Assembly: GCA_051294375.1 (NCBI GenBank)
Contig: CM119267.1
Location: 25,869,293 to 25,933,292, forward strand
Direction of reading: 5' to 3'
Length of the DNA stretch: 64,000 bases
Origin: Paraspadella gotoi
Taxonomy: Eukaryota; Animalia; Chaetognatha
Made by a program: the position numbers and the translations under genes. Below, one piece after another: positions 1 through 11,298 of the stretch (position 1 is its first letter; every line of letters starts with the position of its first letter). Under the pieces are notes generated by a model, which was given only the letters and a program-made list of their open reading frames with translations, did not search any database and had not been told where the DNA came from.

Positions 1-496
1 AAAATATAATTTTTCTGTTTATAATTTAATTTTCTTTTCTCAAATTTTTAAGGGCTTTTTTTTTCAGAAACTAACTTTAATTTTCCTCGGTACTTTTATA
101 AGTCAATTCGCCACACTTTATTATTTTTTTTAATTGACAATCGCAAAATATAATTTTTCTTTCTGTTTATAATCTAATTTTTGTTTCTCAAATTTTATTT
201 TTTTTAGTATCAAAATTTGTTGCAATCCAGATTTTTCTTATGCGATTGCGACGATCCTTATGCTTTTAAGATTTTTTTTCTCAGTGACTGCGTCTGCTGA
301 TCAGTTTTTTTTTGTTTTTTTTGACAATGAAAATTTTTTTTCCTTTTTTTTTTAAAAAACTGTAACTTTAATTTTTTTCAGTACTTAATTATTTTTTTTA
401 TTGACAATTGCAAAAAAGAATTTTTCTTTCTGTTTATAAATTAATTTTCTTTTCTCAAATTTTGTTTTCTGCTGATCAGTTTATTTGACAATGACA
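1..496. repeat. Degenerate AT-rich tandem repeat that resumes at 3278-3500 after the DIRS insertion
   Basis: Recurring ttgacaat...aaatataatttttctttctgtttataa...tctcaaatttt and cagaaactaactttaattttcctcg units on both sides of the element. Confidence 0.7.
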
Positions 497-1667
497 ATTC
501 TCAATACGAAACCCACCCACCGCATTAGCCTTTTGTCTCCCCCAAAAGGCGAGACACCGCGCTGTGACCAGACATGAAAAACAGAAAACAAAAGACAAAC
601 GAAAAAGTCTCCCGGCCTCAGCGCTGCCGCAGGGCCCAGTCCCGACGCTGCGACAATTCTGTCAAAGTGCTGCTGCGCCGGGGGACGCGTCACTTATTTT
701 TTCGCGCTCTATGTGATCAGTCGCCTCCTCCGCCTAGGGCGTTGTCTCCCGTTACCTAGGGTACGGCGCCTCGGGCCGCGCGCGCAGGGGCGCCGCAACC
801 CGGCACCAGTGGGGCCGGTTTGGGGGGTGGACAGCCAATGCGTAGTCTTGTGAAGAGAGCGCAGTCGGCTGGAGGCCTGGAAGCTTTCGCGGATTACTTG
901 AAGGACACCCTCGACGGGTTTCGCAAGGAGATGCAGGATTCGCTTCATCGGGAGATGGAGGATTTCCGCCGGTGAGCGTTTACAATTTATTTTTTATTTG
1001 CCCCTCCATCGAATTTTTTGTTTCTTTTTTCTTTCTTTCTCTTTTTTTTTTTCACACCTCGCGTTTTTCTCGTTACTGAGGCTAATGTGGGGGGGGTTTT
1101 GTATAGAGAATCTTTAATTCTGAATGGAATTATGATTCTTATCAAAACCCCTCCCACATTCTCCCACCGCCGCCCCTTTTGCCTCCGGGCGGGTGTGGTT
1201 CGGTTTTCGTTTTTGTAGTGTGTTTGGAAGGTGAAAATATTTTTTGATTTTATTATTTTTTTTTGGAGAGACAAAAAAAGGGAGGGGGACTGCGTTCAAC
1301 TCGGCGCTGTTGGATATTCGACGTTGTTTTGTCGAAGGCGTCGCCCGACCTTCGTGGGACGCTGCAGGACGCCGCGCCTTCCGAGAGGTTTTTCTTCGGG
1401 AACCGCTCAAATCAAGTGTCTTCAGCGGTCAACGCCTCTTTGATCTGCTGCGCCGCTCGCCCTCGCCATTTTGAAGATCGTTGTGATCGTTTCAAGGCGA
1501 CGAAGACCAATTTTAAGCCGTGGAAAGGCGGCAAAAAGCCCTATTCCTTCAAGATGTCGGGAAACGGGCAGGGCAAGGGCGCCAAGCCCGCAAAATGAAG
1601 GGTTTCTTCGACGCCGCAGTCGCTGTCTCGTCCGACTGCAGGAGTCATTCAGGACCGGATTTCGCCC

Positions 1668-2900
1668 TTGGATTCGATTTTTGATCAGTCGGCACTTCTC
1701 CCTCACCTCCCAGTAAGAGGGAGGCTGCGTCATTTTCACTCTTTTTTGAAGGAGCTCGTCGGGGAGGATTCACCGATCCTGACGAACATCTCGGGCTTCA
1801 GGATCGCTGGCGCAGAGGCGATCCCTACAAGACTCCTTCACCCTTCCGACGCGACGCCGTCTTTTGGCAAGGACGCCGCGGTCGAGGCAGAGATTTCTGC
1901 CGCCTTGAAGAAGGGGGCGATAGAGGAGGTGGATGCCTCCCCGGGTTTTTACTCCAGGAACTTTCTTGTGCCAAAAAAGGATGGAGGCTGGAGACCGATT
2001 CTCAATTTAAAGCGTCTCAACGCCGCCTTCCTCTCGCCTGAAATACTTCCATATGGAGGGCTTCAACATCAGGAGGATGTTTCGGCGGGGGGATTGGGGC
2101 GCCTTGATCGACCTCCGCGACGCCTCCCTTCCTCCCGCTGAACGAGGATCACCGGCGTTTTTGTCGTTTCATTTGGAGGGGTCGGATCTTCCAGTAGAAG
2201 GTTCTTCCTTTTGGTTTGGCGACGGGCCCGTGGCTCTTCACAAAGACGACGCGCCCTCTTGTCCAGTGGCTCAGGCAGAGAGGCATCCGCTGCCTCTTCT
2301 ATATCGACGACATTCTCATTCTGGGTTCGTCAGAGGAATGCTGTCAGGCGACGTTGAAGGCGGTCCAGCTTCTCTTGAACGTAGGATTCATTCTCCACCG
2401 GGAGAAATTGAGTCTAGCTCCGTCTCAGTCCTTCGACTTCTTCGGTTTTCACTGGGACGGACAGCTTCACCGGATCTCACTCCCGCCTTCCAAGTTGGAA
2501 TCGATCCGGAGTTTGGCTTCCTCCATTAACGCACCTTCCTCCGACCTGAGCAGTCTTTCAGTTTCTCGGACACGTCACGGCAGCCTCCCTCGCTGTCCCG
2601 CTTTTCCGTTGCCGCTCCGCACGGATTCAGTCGAACGTCAACCGTGTTTATCGCTCCGAAGCGGATCTTGATCGCCCGATGCCGTTGGATGCTTCGACGC
2701 GGGAGGAGCTGGAGTGGTGCCGGTCACTTCGCTTGGAGGACTGCGTCGCGCCAGTGGACTATCTACTTCTGGAGGACTGCACACACGTAGTGACAACGGA
2801 CGCCTCACAGGAGGGTTGGGGCATCCTCTTCCAGGGAGAGCTTCTCCAGGGGACCTGGAAGGCTTATCTTTGGCGCCTCAACGTTTTGCGGCATTACTAA
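1668..2900 (+). pseudogene. Frameshifted reverse transcriptase/RNase H of the DIRS element
   Basis: ORF pieces 1668-2141, 2216-2671 and 2679-2900 carry consecutive DIRS-type RT and RNase H motifs in different frames. Confidence 0.88.
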
Positions 2901-3067
2901 TGGCGCTATTTTTGGAGGCGGATGTTGACGCTCCGGCAGTCTCGGAAGCCTTTGCTCGCGGCGTCAATCTCGGCGTCATCCTCAGGGCCGGAGACTGGTC
3001 CGGAGACCAGACGTTCTACTGTAGGGACGTCTCGTGGGGCGCTTCGGTTGGCGTTTCTCGGGACTAG
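2900..3067 (+). pseudogene. C-terminal remnant of the DIRS tyrosine recombinase
   Basis: AVSEAFARGVNLGVILRAGDWSGDQTFYCRDV resembles the DIRS YR end motif (ILxAxxWS..TF..FY). It follows RNase H almost directly, implying an internal deletion. Confidence 0.7.
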
Positions 3068-3546
3068 TGACGCGTCCCCCAGCGCAGCAGCACTTCGACA
3101 GAGTCGTCGCAGCGTGGGGACTGGACCCTGCGGCATCGCCGAGGCCGGGAGACTTTTCGTTTGTTTTTTGTTTTTCATATCTGGTCACAGCGCGGTGTCT
3201 CGCCTTTTGGGGGAGACAAAAGGCTAATGTGGGGGCGGTTTCGATAAGAATCATAATTCCATTCAGAATTAAAGATTGACAATGACCAAAAAAAAACTTT
3301 TTTTTTTTTTCAGAAACTAACTTTAATTTTCCTCGATACTTTATTATTTTTTTTAATTGACAATCACAGAATATAATTTTTCTTTCTGTTTATAAATTTT
3401 TTTTCCCCTCAAATTTATTTTTTTTTCAGTATCAAAATTTGTCATCAGTCCAGATTTTTCTTATGCGTTTGCGACGATCCTTATGCTTTTAAGATTTTTT
3501 TATTTATTTATTTTTTTATTTTTTTATTTATTTTTTTTTTATATAG

Positions 3547-6351
3547 ATCAACCTAAAGCTTATCCTCGTCTCTGGCAAAACAAAGGAGTACCTTTTTAAC
3601 CCAAACGATTCCGCTGGCGATATTGCTCAATTCGTATTTGACCATTGGCCACCAGGTAATCGGTTGGATGTAAAATAAGTATGGTTATAAATAAATAAAT
3701 CTATAAATTTTTAAATTTGTCAAAACGTTTTACTTTTTTTTTCCATATTTTTTTGACATGCTTAACGTTTTTCTGATTTCTTCACGCCTTCAATACCCTT
3801 CAAGATTGATAATAAAACTAAATTCCCTTTATAAAGGTTGTTATAGTTAAAATAAAATTATCAATACAATTCAACTCATTGATGTCTTGCTTTGTAGAAT
3901 ATGAAGCCAGCTATGTAATTTTTAAAAATTTTATTATGATAAACAAGCAATGGGTTAAACTTTTTGTTTCCAGTTGAAGATAATGAAAAAGGACGATTTT
4001 TTTTCACAGTCAAAAAGGTAGACGTCCAAGCTGTTTATATCTAACTGAATCAAATTTTTAATTTATCATTTTTCATATTTAAAAAAACATTTTTCATACT
4101 TATTGTTTTTTACTTGAAATGTAAATAAAATGCAAATTTAGGTAGTAAAAAAACTTTAATAGTAATCAAAATATAATTTGGTTTTTCTTTTTTCATAATC
4201 CAAAAGGGGAAAAAATTTTTATACAGAAGGCTTCATAATATAAAATGAGGTACCCCTTTTTTGTGACCAGAATCCGTTCCCACCAAACTACCCGATCGAA
4301 TTTCATGAAATTTTACAAATACAGTCCTAATCACGATATAAATGGAACTATCGAGGCAAATTTTGATATTCAACCCCTGACAAGAGATACAATACATGAA
4401 TTTAAAAACAAAAGTTGAAGATGAAGAGACAGTAATTATTGTTATGTGTTAGTGACAGAACCGTTCAATGTAAGCAGTCCCTGAGCTTCGGATCCGGCTG
4501 TAACACCATGTTACAGGCGGGTTAAGCGCCCCGTCCCTCTTAACTGCTAGGCGACCACCGGGCGAGAACCCCGGACCTTTGGGTTGGGAGGCGAATGACT
4601 TGCCTCCGGCACCAATGGCCGCTGATGAACGGTTGGTGGATTTGATGAGCGGGGTTTTCCGTCAGTTGCTCAGTGCTCACCCTTCTGAGAGTATCTATAT
4701 CGTAGGATTTCATGAGTCTTTAGAGATCAAGAACTGGAGGTAAGCAAAAGACAAGCATTGGTTATAGATAGAAACAACAACGATCTCTCAGGTAAGCTCA
4801 ACCTAGCCACTATTCGAGTAACATGAAACGCGTAAATCAATAACTATATAAATAAAAACCCCGACGATGGCCAACTAACATTAATGCGATCTGTATGAAA
4901 TAGAATCATGATTAATCAGAGCAATGAAATAACAATAAACTGTATTGTTTATAGACAAATATTGATTGTTTATATTTTTAAACGGTTTTACAAAAGGCGA
5001 ATAAGAACGACAGATCATGACGAGAGTTTATGTCCAACAGATTTTAGTCCACCATAAAGAAAATTTTTTCTTCATCTCGAGACATATCACTATGGGATGT
5101 ACCCATCGTATAACTCATTTATGGCTTTTGCTTGAAGAAATCAGAGAAACTTTTCCTTCTTTTATTTAAATAGTAAGGACTAGTGCGTCATAAATTTTTT
5201 GTTCATTTAATATTTCACCAACTTGACTTTCAATTATTAAAGTTACAGCATTCGGCTGCTGCTGCAGCTGCTGCAGCAGCAATTTTAAAGCTGCTCGTCA
5301 AATTTCGTCTTTGAGTAGTCGTTTTCAAGCCTCTGTCAAAGTCATATTTGACTTAATATGATAATGGAATATTAATATATGATAGACGAGACTAGTAATT
5401 TTTAGTTTTTGTATAGATTATTTCAAAAAAATAATTTAATTATTTTTTACCTAGCTACAATTAAATTGGGGTAAAACGGAACACCTCTTAGGAAGTATTC
5501 TGTGTTACCTAATATACTTTTTATAAATTGTTAGTGATGATTTACTCAGTAATAATAAGAGTTTGCAACATTTTTTATATAATTAGGTGGAAAAAATTAT
5601 TATACTATTAATAATACAGTAAAAAAATCTATTTTTAGCAATAAAAAAGTTACAAAAGTTTGGAATGGAATTTAACGCCTAAATATGGTTAAAAAATTAG
5701 TAAAAGAAAAAATTAAGATGAAATTAATATAAAAAGAATATGAATACAATTTTTACATTAAAACATTAACTCTCATATGAGGTATCTAGTTAATGGTTAT
5801 TTATTCCAGTCGGTTGGTCATTTAGAGGTCTAGTCTTTAAAATAATAAAACATGATGTATTGCATAACATAATTTAAAGTTTAGTTAAATGTCATCGTCC
5901 TCTCTCCCTTTAAGACTGGACTGACGAAAGCGTGAGTCGGCCGGAGATTTTGCGCTTGATTTATCAAGGTCGATTCCTTCACGGCAACGTCTCTCTCGGC
6001 GCACTTCAACTTCCGCCGGGAAAAACCACCGTAATGCATCTCGTTCCGAGGGAAAATCTGCCCGAGCCCAACAGCCAAGGTGAGCACTTAATTAAAAAAG
6101 AAGTAAAGGAGGCTCAAAGACTAAAAGGCTCATCGGTGAGAGGATCTTGAAAAGTTGCAAGGTTTTGCAAGGTTTTTATTCTCTTCTCTTGGAAAAAAGA
6201 AATGAATAAATGTATTATTTTTACGTGTATATTGCTTGTACCAATTTGTTATTACATTACATAACATTACATTATATTACATTACATTCCATTACAAGGT
6301 TTGAAGAAAAAAGACAAGAGCGGAGAAAGTCGCTGCTGCTGCATCCTATAA
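3547..6351 (+). CDS. UBL3: Ubiquitin-like protein 3 (membrane-anchored ubiquitin fold); first coding exon not seen, presumably upstream of the window
   Basis: Exons 3547-3655, 5915-6079, 6299-6351 splice in phase: INLKLILVSGKTKEYLFNPNDSAGDIAQFVFDHWPPDWTDESVSRPEILRLIYQGRFLHGNVSLGALQLPPGKTTVMHLVPRENLPEPNSQGLKKKDKSGESRCCCIL*, ending in a CAAX box. Confidence 0.96.
4421..4642 (-). mobile_element. tRNA(Gly)-derived SINE-like repeat, copy 1
   Basis: Minus-strand 4551-4622 reads as a tRNA-like head with a CTCCCAA loop and A/B-box-like motifs. A similar copy lies at about 50088-50306. Confidence 0.65.
4643..5039 (+). mobile_element. Solo LTR (TG...CA, 4-bp TSD GATT)
   Basis: Starts TGATG, ends CAACA, flanked by GATT on both sides. 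The SINE copy at 50281-50306 shows the empty site (tgGATTttagtcc). Contains TATATAAAT and AATAAA. Confidence 0.7.
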
Positions 6352-8138
6352 AAACAAAGCGAGTTGCGGATTGTAAGGCTCGCACCTCGCACGAGGTTTA
6401 GAGAAATAAAAAGTATCAAAACTGAGTGATGATCAAAGTGGAGAGACGTTTTCGCGACGACGACCACGAACGTTTTGATTATCGCTCCTTAGAAACAATC
6501 ATCTTCGTCAAAGAATCCTCTACATCAACCATCAAATCCTTTCTCTAGTCTTCGACTATTCAGTGAATTCAACATGAAATTTGTTTCAACATGGCCAATG
6601 TGTTACGGGTTTTTTACAGTGTATAGGCGTGATTTATTCGTTTGGCTCCTTTCAAGTATTTCAGCCAATGTTTTAAGTTGAGTGCCATGGTCTGTAATTT
6701 TGCAAGAATTTGCAATTTATTTTGGTCGTCCTTAATTAAATACATATGTAATTGACAAAAGTTTAACGTTTTTAGAAGTTTCAAGAAAATGTTAAGTTTG
6801 ATAATTATAATTAAGAGTAATAAATCAAGATATAAATTTCATTTGAAAAATATCTTAAACTTAAAGTGGGTTAATGAATACAATATTGTTGATACCGTTT
6901 ATATTTTAAGATTCGCTAACTTTTTCGCGCTGATTTAGATTACTCATCGTTTGTTCCATTTTGTCTATATCGCGTTTTTCTTTAACACTGTTTGGTAGAT
7001 GGGTTATCTTCGTTTCATTAGTTGTTAAAGTCTACGGTTTGTGCTTTTAGCTTAAATAACTTTATAATTATATCAGTAATCGCTATTATACCATTTAGAC
7101 TAAAGTCGTTATAACTAATGAAATGAAGCTGTATTTGTGTCATTATCGTTTATAACTGTACGTTGCACAATCTCACTACTTGTTTAAATTTGCGTATAAA
7201 TTTTTTTTTATTTGCCCCATTAGTTTCCGTGCGATTTTTAATTTTTAATACACTGGTTGCTGGTGAAAACTAATGAAATTAAACTGCTTTTATGAAAACT
7301 GAAATATAGCTATCAGCAACGTGTAATTTTTTTTCTTTAAAATATTGGCTTCTGGTTTTAAATTAAAATTGTTTTTTTCCCAAATTTATAACAGCACAAT
7401 TTCCTTTCTTGGTCGTTTTGTTATTTGAAGTAAATCTGTTTCATCCCTTCCTCAGCGACGCTTAATATATCTGCAAATTAATTGGCATCCAATCCCAACT
7501 GTTTTATGTATTTTCAAATAGGTTCAGTTAGTATTTTATTTAATTTTCATTAGCTACCGGTTAATATAAGAACAGTTCCAAAGAGGGCAAGTTGTGTTCT
7601 TCCTTTTGCTTTAATAGCTTTTATGGCGAGCTAAGTCAGGGTAATTATTTGAAATTTGACTTCCATAATTGAGTCACAATGCAGTTAGACAAAAATCCCT
7701 AGATATTTTTTTTCGCCATTGAAGATGACATACATATACCGACAAGGTTCTAAATTACTTCCTGCCCTGGTTTTCTAATTAGATATTCTTCATAGGAAGT
7801 CGTCTATTGAAAAATCTAAACCGAAAGGGTTGGAGGGGATAATTTGTTATGAGAAAAAGGTTATTTATGAATCGTTACTGTTAAAGGATAAGAGTATAAT
7901 TTTATGTTTTGTTTCAGGACGAAAATTTTTTGGGGTTAATTTTACTTTCGCCGTCCGTGGTTAGGGGTTGGCATTAAGATGGTTAAGGGTAATTATATAT
8001 GCGTTTTATTTCGAATTCAACAAGGTTGATTCAGTACATACAGGAGCATCAAAACAAAGCTAAGTCTAAAGACAAAACAAAGTAAAAGATTGCGTGAAAA
8101 CTACCACTATAGACAAAAAAGGTTAAAATATTTCAATC

Positions 8139-8259
8139 ATTAAAGAATGCGATTAATCTTTTGAGAACTAAATTATTCGAACTTTAGTTTAGATCTTAGA
8201 ATTTCTAAGATCTAAAGTTCGAATAATTTAGTTCTCAAAAGATTAACGCATTCTTTAAT
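8139..8259. repeat. Near-perfect palindrome of about 120 bp
   Basis: attaaagaatgcg...agatcttagaa|tttctaagatct...cgcattctttaat; arms are reverse complements with small indels. Confidence 0.9.
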
Positions 8260-8373
8260 AAAGTTATTTTTACGCTGGTTAAACATGGACCAAATTTGGT
8301 AGGAGTAGCCTAACTCAGTAAGGTGGTTAAGAAATTCGAATCAAGCACCTCAAACGAAAATTTTAACATTTTT

Positions 8374-8620
8374 AGTCGGATCTGCTTATCACAGATCCCG
8401 ACTCTATAATTCACTTTGTCGGTCCGTCGGTCCGCCCCTCAATATTGTCGGGCACACACTTATATCATGTCAGAACATCGAATTAAGATTAATTATGCAA
8501 AAAAAAACGATGTCCGTCCGTCCGTCCTACCTTAGCAAAAAACTCCAATTACTCGTGATTGGAATCCAATTTGGATGGATGGATTGGTATGAAATTTTGT
8601 GTGTGGGTAGGATGTATTTT
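8374..8620 (+). mobile_element. Helentron-associated (DINE-1/HINE-like) repeat, 5' part
   Basis: gtcggatctgcttatc..cagatcccgac subterminal inverted repeat and (gtcc)n microsatellite, shared with copies at 44625, 45596, 47710 and 53866. Confidence 0.65.
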
Positions 8621-9390
8621 TTTGGTGATAACTGGTGATAAATAAAAGCTTTTTTTGGTGATAACTGGTGATTACGATGTATTTCTCTATGTATTTGCTC
8701 TAATACATCAAAGATTACGCATTGTTAAGTTGAATGACCTTTCCTCTTAAAAACGATTTTAATATCATTGTTGTTAAGGTCTTAAATTTTCTTTTCTGTA
8801 ATAAGCATAAGCCTCCAGAGCGTATTCAACTCCGGGATCGCCCCTTCACTCTTTAAAGTTGAGAATTGAAAAGGCAGATGCATGGCATTGGCATGAGGGG
8901 AGTGCGGTAGTCGAGGAACAAATTCTTCCCAATTCTCGCCGAGTTGAAAATTGGATTTTCAATTTGGAACAAAAGAACCGAATTGATTCGAAGACGTCGA
9001 CCACTGGCGCTCCCTTAGTTTTTCTCTATTCCTATTCGCACAATACGACTTTCTCTAAATACTATTTCAATGATTAAGTAAACCAAATTTTCTTACAGAA
9101 TTAAATTTTTTAATACATTTGATTTACTCGTTTTTTCATTATGCAGGTTTTCCCACTTTGGCAGCTTTGATGTCATTTTTTTTTTCACGATCTCGGTTTT
9201 TCTTTTCAAGTCATTAGTCATGATTTCTTCTTGTCTCGAATACGTGTCCACTAGAGTGGAGCACTCAAGAACAAAAAAATTATTTGAATGATCGAACAAT
9301 GATATTTAGATGTGAGATAGTATGATTAATTAGTACAAAAAATATTTTGATCATATTATCTCGGGAACAGAATAGTGAAATATATATATT

Positions 9391-9745
9391 TGTAGTAATA
9401 TCCTTATAAAATAGTAAATTTTAAAAATAATTTTTATAAAACTTTTAATAAAGATTCAGATTCTCATAAAAATTTGAATCAAAAATATAAAATATGTTAT
9501 CAAAAATTCTGTCATCTTCAATGTTTAAATAAAAAAAAGGTGAAAATTCCTGACTTTTTTATTCTCTGTAGTAGAAACTTATATATGTTAAAACGTTTTA
9601 GTCATTTTTTGTGATCTAAACATTAAAATATCATATAACAATATTTATAAAAGTTTCTTAGTTTTTTACAGCGAATCCAAAACAGTTCTTAAAAATAAAA
9701 AAAAATTATTTTGAAATTTGACGATTTTATAAGGATATTACTACA
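9391..9745. mobile_element. MITE-like inverted-repeat element
   Basis: tgtagtaatatccttataaaat... and ...attttataaggatattactaca are inverted termini of about 45 bp. Confidence 0.65.
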
Positions 9746-9955
9746 TAAATAATTGAATTTGCTATACTGTTATGCTAAAACAATTTTTAAAAGGATTTAA
9801 AATTCATTAATTATATGTCCATAGGCAGCAAAATAATGTTCAATCACTCAATCTTTTCATCACTCCACCCTCGTGTCCACTGTCCATTTCTTTAATTTCG
9901 TTAGTTATTTCAATTTTCTTTTTTTAAAACTCAAAATATTTCAAGTTTCGCAGAA

Positions 9956-11176
9956 ATGAGAGGCGAAACTCGTCCCCAACTTCGGATCCTCGAACTTTAC
10001 TCCGGCATCGGCGGAATGCATTGCGCCCTTCAGCGCTGCTTCGCCTCCGCCTCGGCCACTCCCCTTCCCTTCTCCTCTTTCGACGTCGTCGCAGCGGTGG
10101 ACGTCAACGCCGTCGCCGGCGCCGTCTACCGTCTCAACTTTCCAGGCGTTGACTTCCGACAGCGCGGGATCGAGTCTCTATCTACCCGAGATCTGGAGCG
10201 ACTCGGGGCCGATTTAGTCACCATGAGCCCGCCCTGTCAACCCTTCACGCGGCAGGGGCTGCGTCGGGACGACGACGACGCGCGGACCGAGTCTCTCGTC
10301 CGCCTGCTGGAGACGCTGGAGAAGATGATGGAGACGTCGCTGCCGAAATTCCTCCTCGTGGAAAACGTGATGGGATTCGAGTCTTCGGCGACGAGAGATC
10401 GACTCGTCAAGACTCTTCGCCGATTAAGATTTCGTTATCAAGAGTTTCTTCTCTCTCCTCCGCAGTTCGGAGTCCCAAACTCTAGGCTGAGATATTTTTT
10501 GATCGCCAAACGGGATCCCGCCACCTTTTGCTTTCCCCTCGTCGATGGAGTTCTCAAGGAGGTCCCGGAGAGAGCAGAGCCGTTTCGGCGTTATAAGATC
10601 CGCGAGGAGGTGGATTCCAAGGGCGCCGATTCGAAAGAAGATTTGTCTTCGATCATCGAAAGAGACCAAGTTTTAGGTTTTGATTTAAGCGACGTGGACA
10701 CCTTATCCTCCTTCACCGAGAACGAGGAAGGACTCGGCGATTTTATTCTGCCCGACGACGTTTTAAAAAGATATCGAGCGATGGACGTAACGACTTTGCA
10801 GGAGAAGAGAAGTTGTTGCTTCACTAAATCTTACGGTCGCTTCGTCGAGGGCACCGGCTCTTTTCTCAGGACGAATCCGAGCGGGCCGACTCGTGACAGC
10901 GTCGCCGCCGTCATCGAAAAGGCTCACGGTTTACCGCCCAAGAGTCGCGTCGAGACGGAAGATTTGACGGATGCCGACATGAATCTCTTACGGTCTCTGC
11001 GGTTGAGGTACTTCACCCCGAGAGAAGTCGCGCGACTCCATTGTTTCCCAGACTCTTTCCTTTTTCCCTCTTCGCTTTCGAGGAAACAACGTTGGAGGGT
11101 TTTGGGAAACAGTCTCAACGTTCATATCGTCGCCGTTTTGATGCGACTGCTCTTCATGGACGGAGATGAAAGTTAA
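9956..11176 (+). CDS. TRDMT1: tRNA (cytosine-38-C5) methyltransferase DNMT2, single coding exon
   Basis: 406 aa with C5-MTase motifs LELYSGIGGMH, MSPPCQPFTR, LVENV, PNSRLRYF, the DNMT2-diagnostic CFTKSYG, LRYFTPREVARLHCFP and LGNSLNV. Confidence 0.96.
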   Translation: MRGETRPQLRILELYSGIGGMHCALQRCFASASATPLPFSSFDVVAAVDVNAVAGAVYRLNFPGVDFRQRGIESLSTRDLERLGADLVTMSPPCQPFTRQGLRRDDDDARTESLVRLLETLEKMMETSLPKFLLVENVMGFESSATRDRLVKTLRRLRFRYQEFLLSPPQFGVPNSRLRYFLIAKRDPATFCFPLVDGVLKEVPERAEPFRRYKIREEVDSKGADSKEDLSSIIERDQVLGFDLSDVDTLSSFTENEEGLGDFILPDDVLKRYRAMDVTTLQEKRSCCFTKSYGRFVEGTGSFLRTNPSGPTRDSVAAVIEKAHGLPPKSRVETEDLTDADMNLLRSLRLRYFTPREVARLHCFPDSFLFPSSLSRKQRWRVLGNSLNVHIVAVLMRLLFMDGDES

Positions 11177-11298
11177 ACTTGATCGCGCGTTGAGTTTCTA
11201 AATATTGTCTTTATTTTCTAGTTAATTTATTGAATGAAGTAGTTCATAATTAATAAGACGTTTTAGCGATTGACAGCAAATTCACCTCGAGTAAAACC

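Larger units (their letters stand above)
497..3277 (+). mobile_element. DIRS1-like tyrosine-recombinase retrotransposon, internally deleted and frameshifted, in a UBL3 intron
   Basis: Inverted terminal repeats 497-694 and 3066-3251, plus a right-end extension to 3277. ICR at about 1079-1160. ATT trinucleotide at both ends. RT motifs (PGFYSRNFLVPKKDGGWRPILNLKRLN; YIDDIL), RNase H (VVTTDASQEGWG) and a YR C-terminus (AFARGVNLGVILRAGDWSGDQTFY). Confidence 0.92.

Noticed and set aside
4551-4622. Functional tRNA-Gly gene
   Set aside because: Anticodon and T arms are degenerate and it sits in a longer dispersed repeat; treated as a SINE head.
6352-9955. UBL3 as a member of the operon
   Set aside because: Same strand but separated by 3.6 kb containing repeats; not supportable from sequence alone.
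9956-11176. Bacterial-type DNA methyltransferase, restriction-modification system or horizontal transfer
   Set aside because: The CFT motif and eukaryotic neighbours identify ordinary DNMT2; no nuclease partner.
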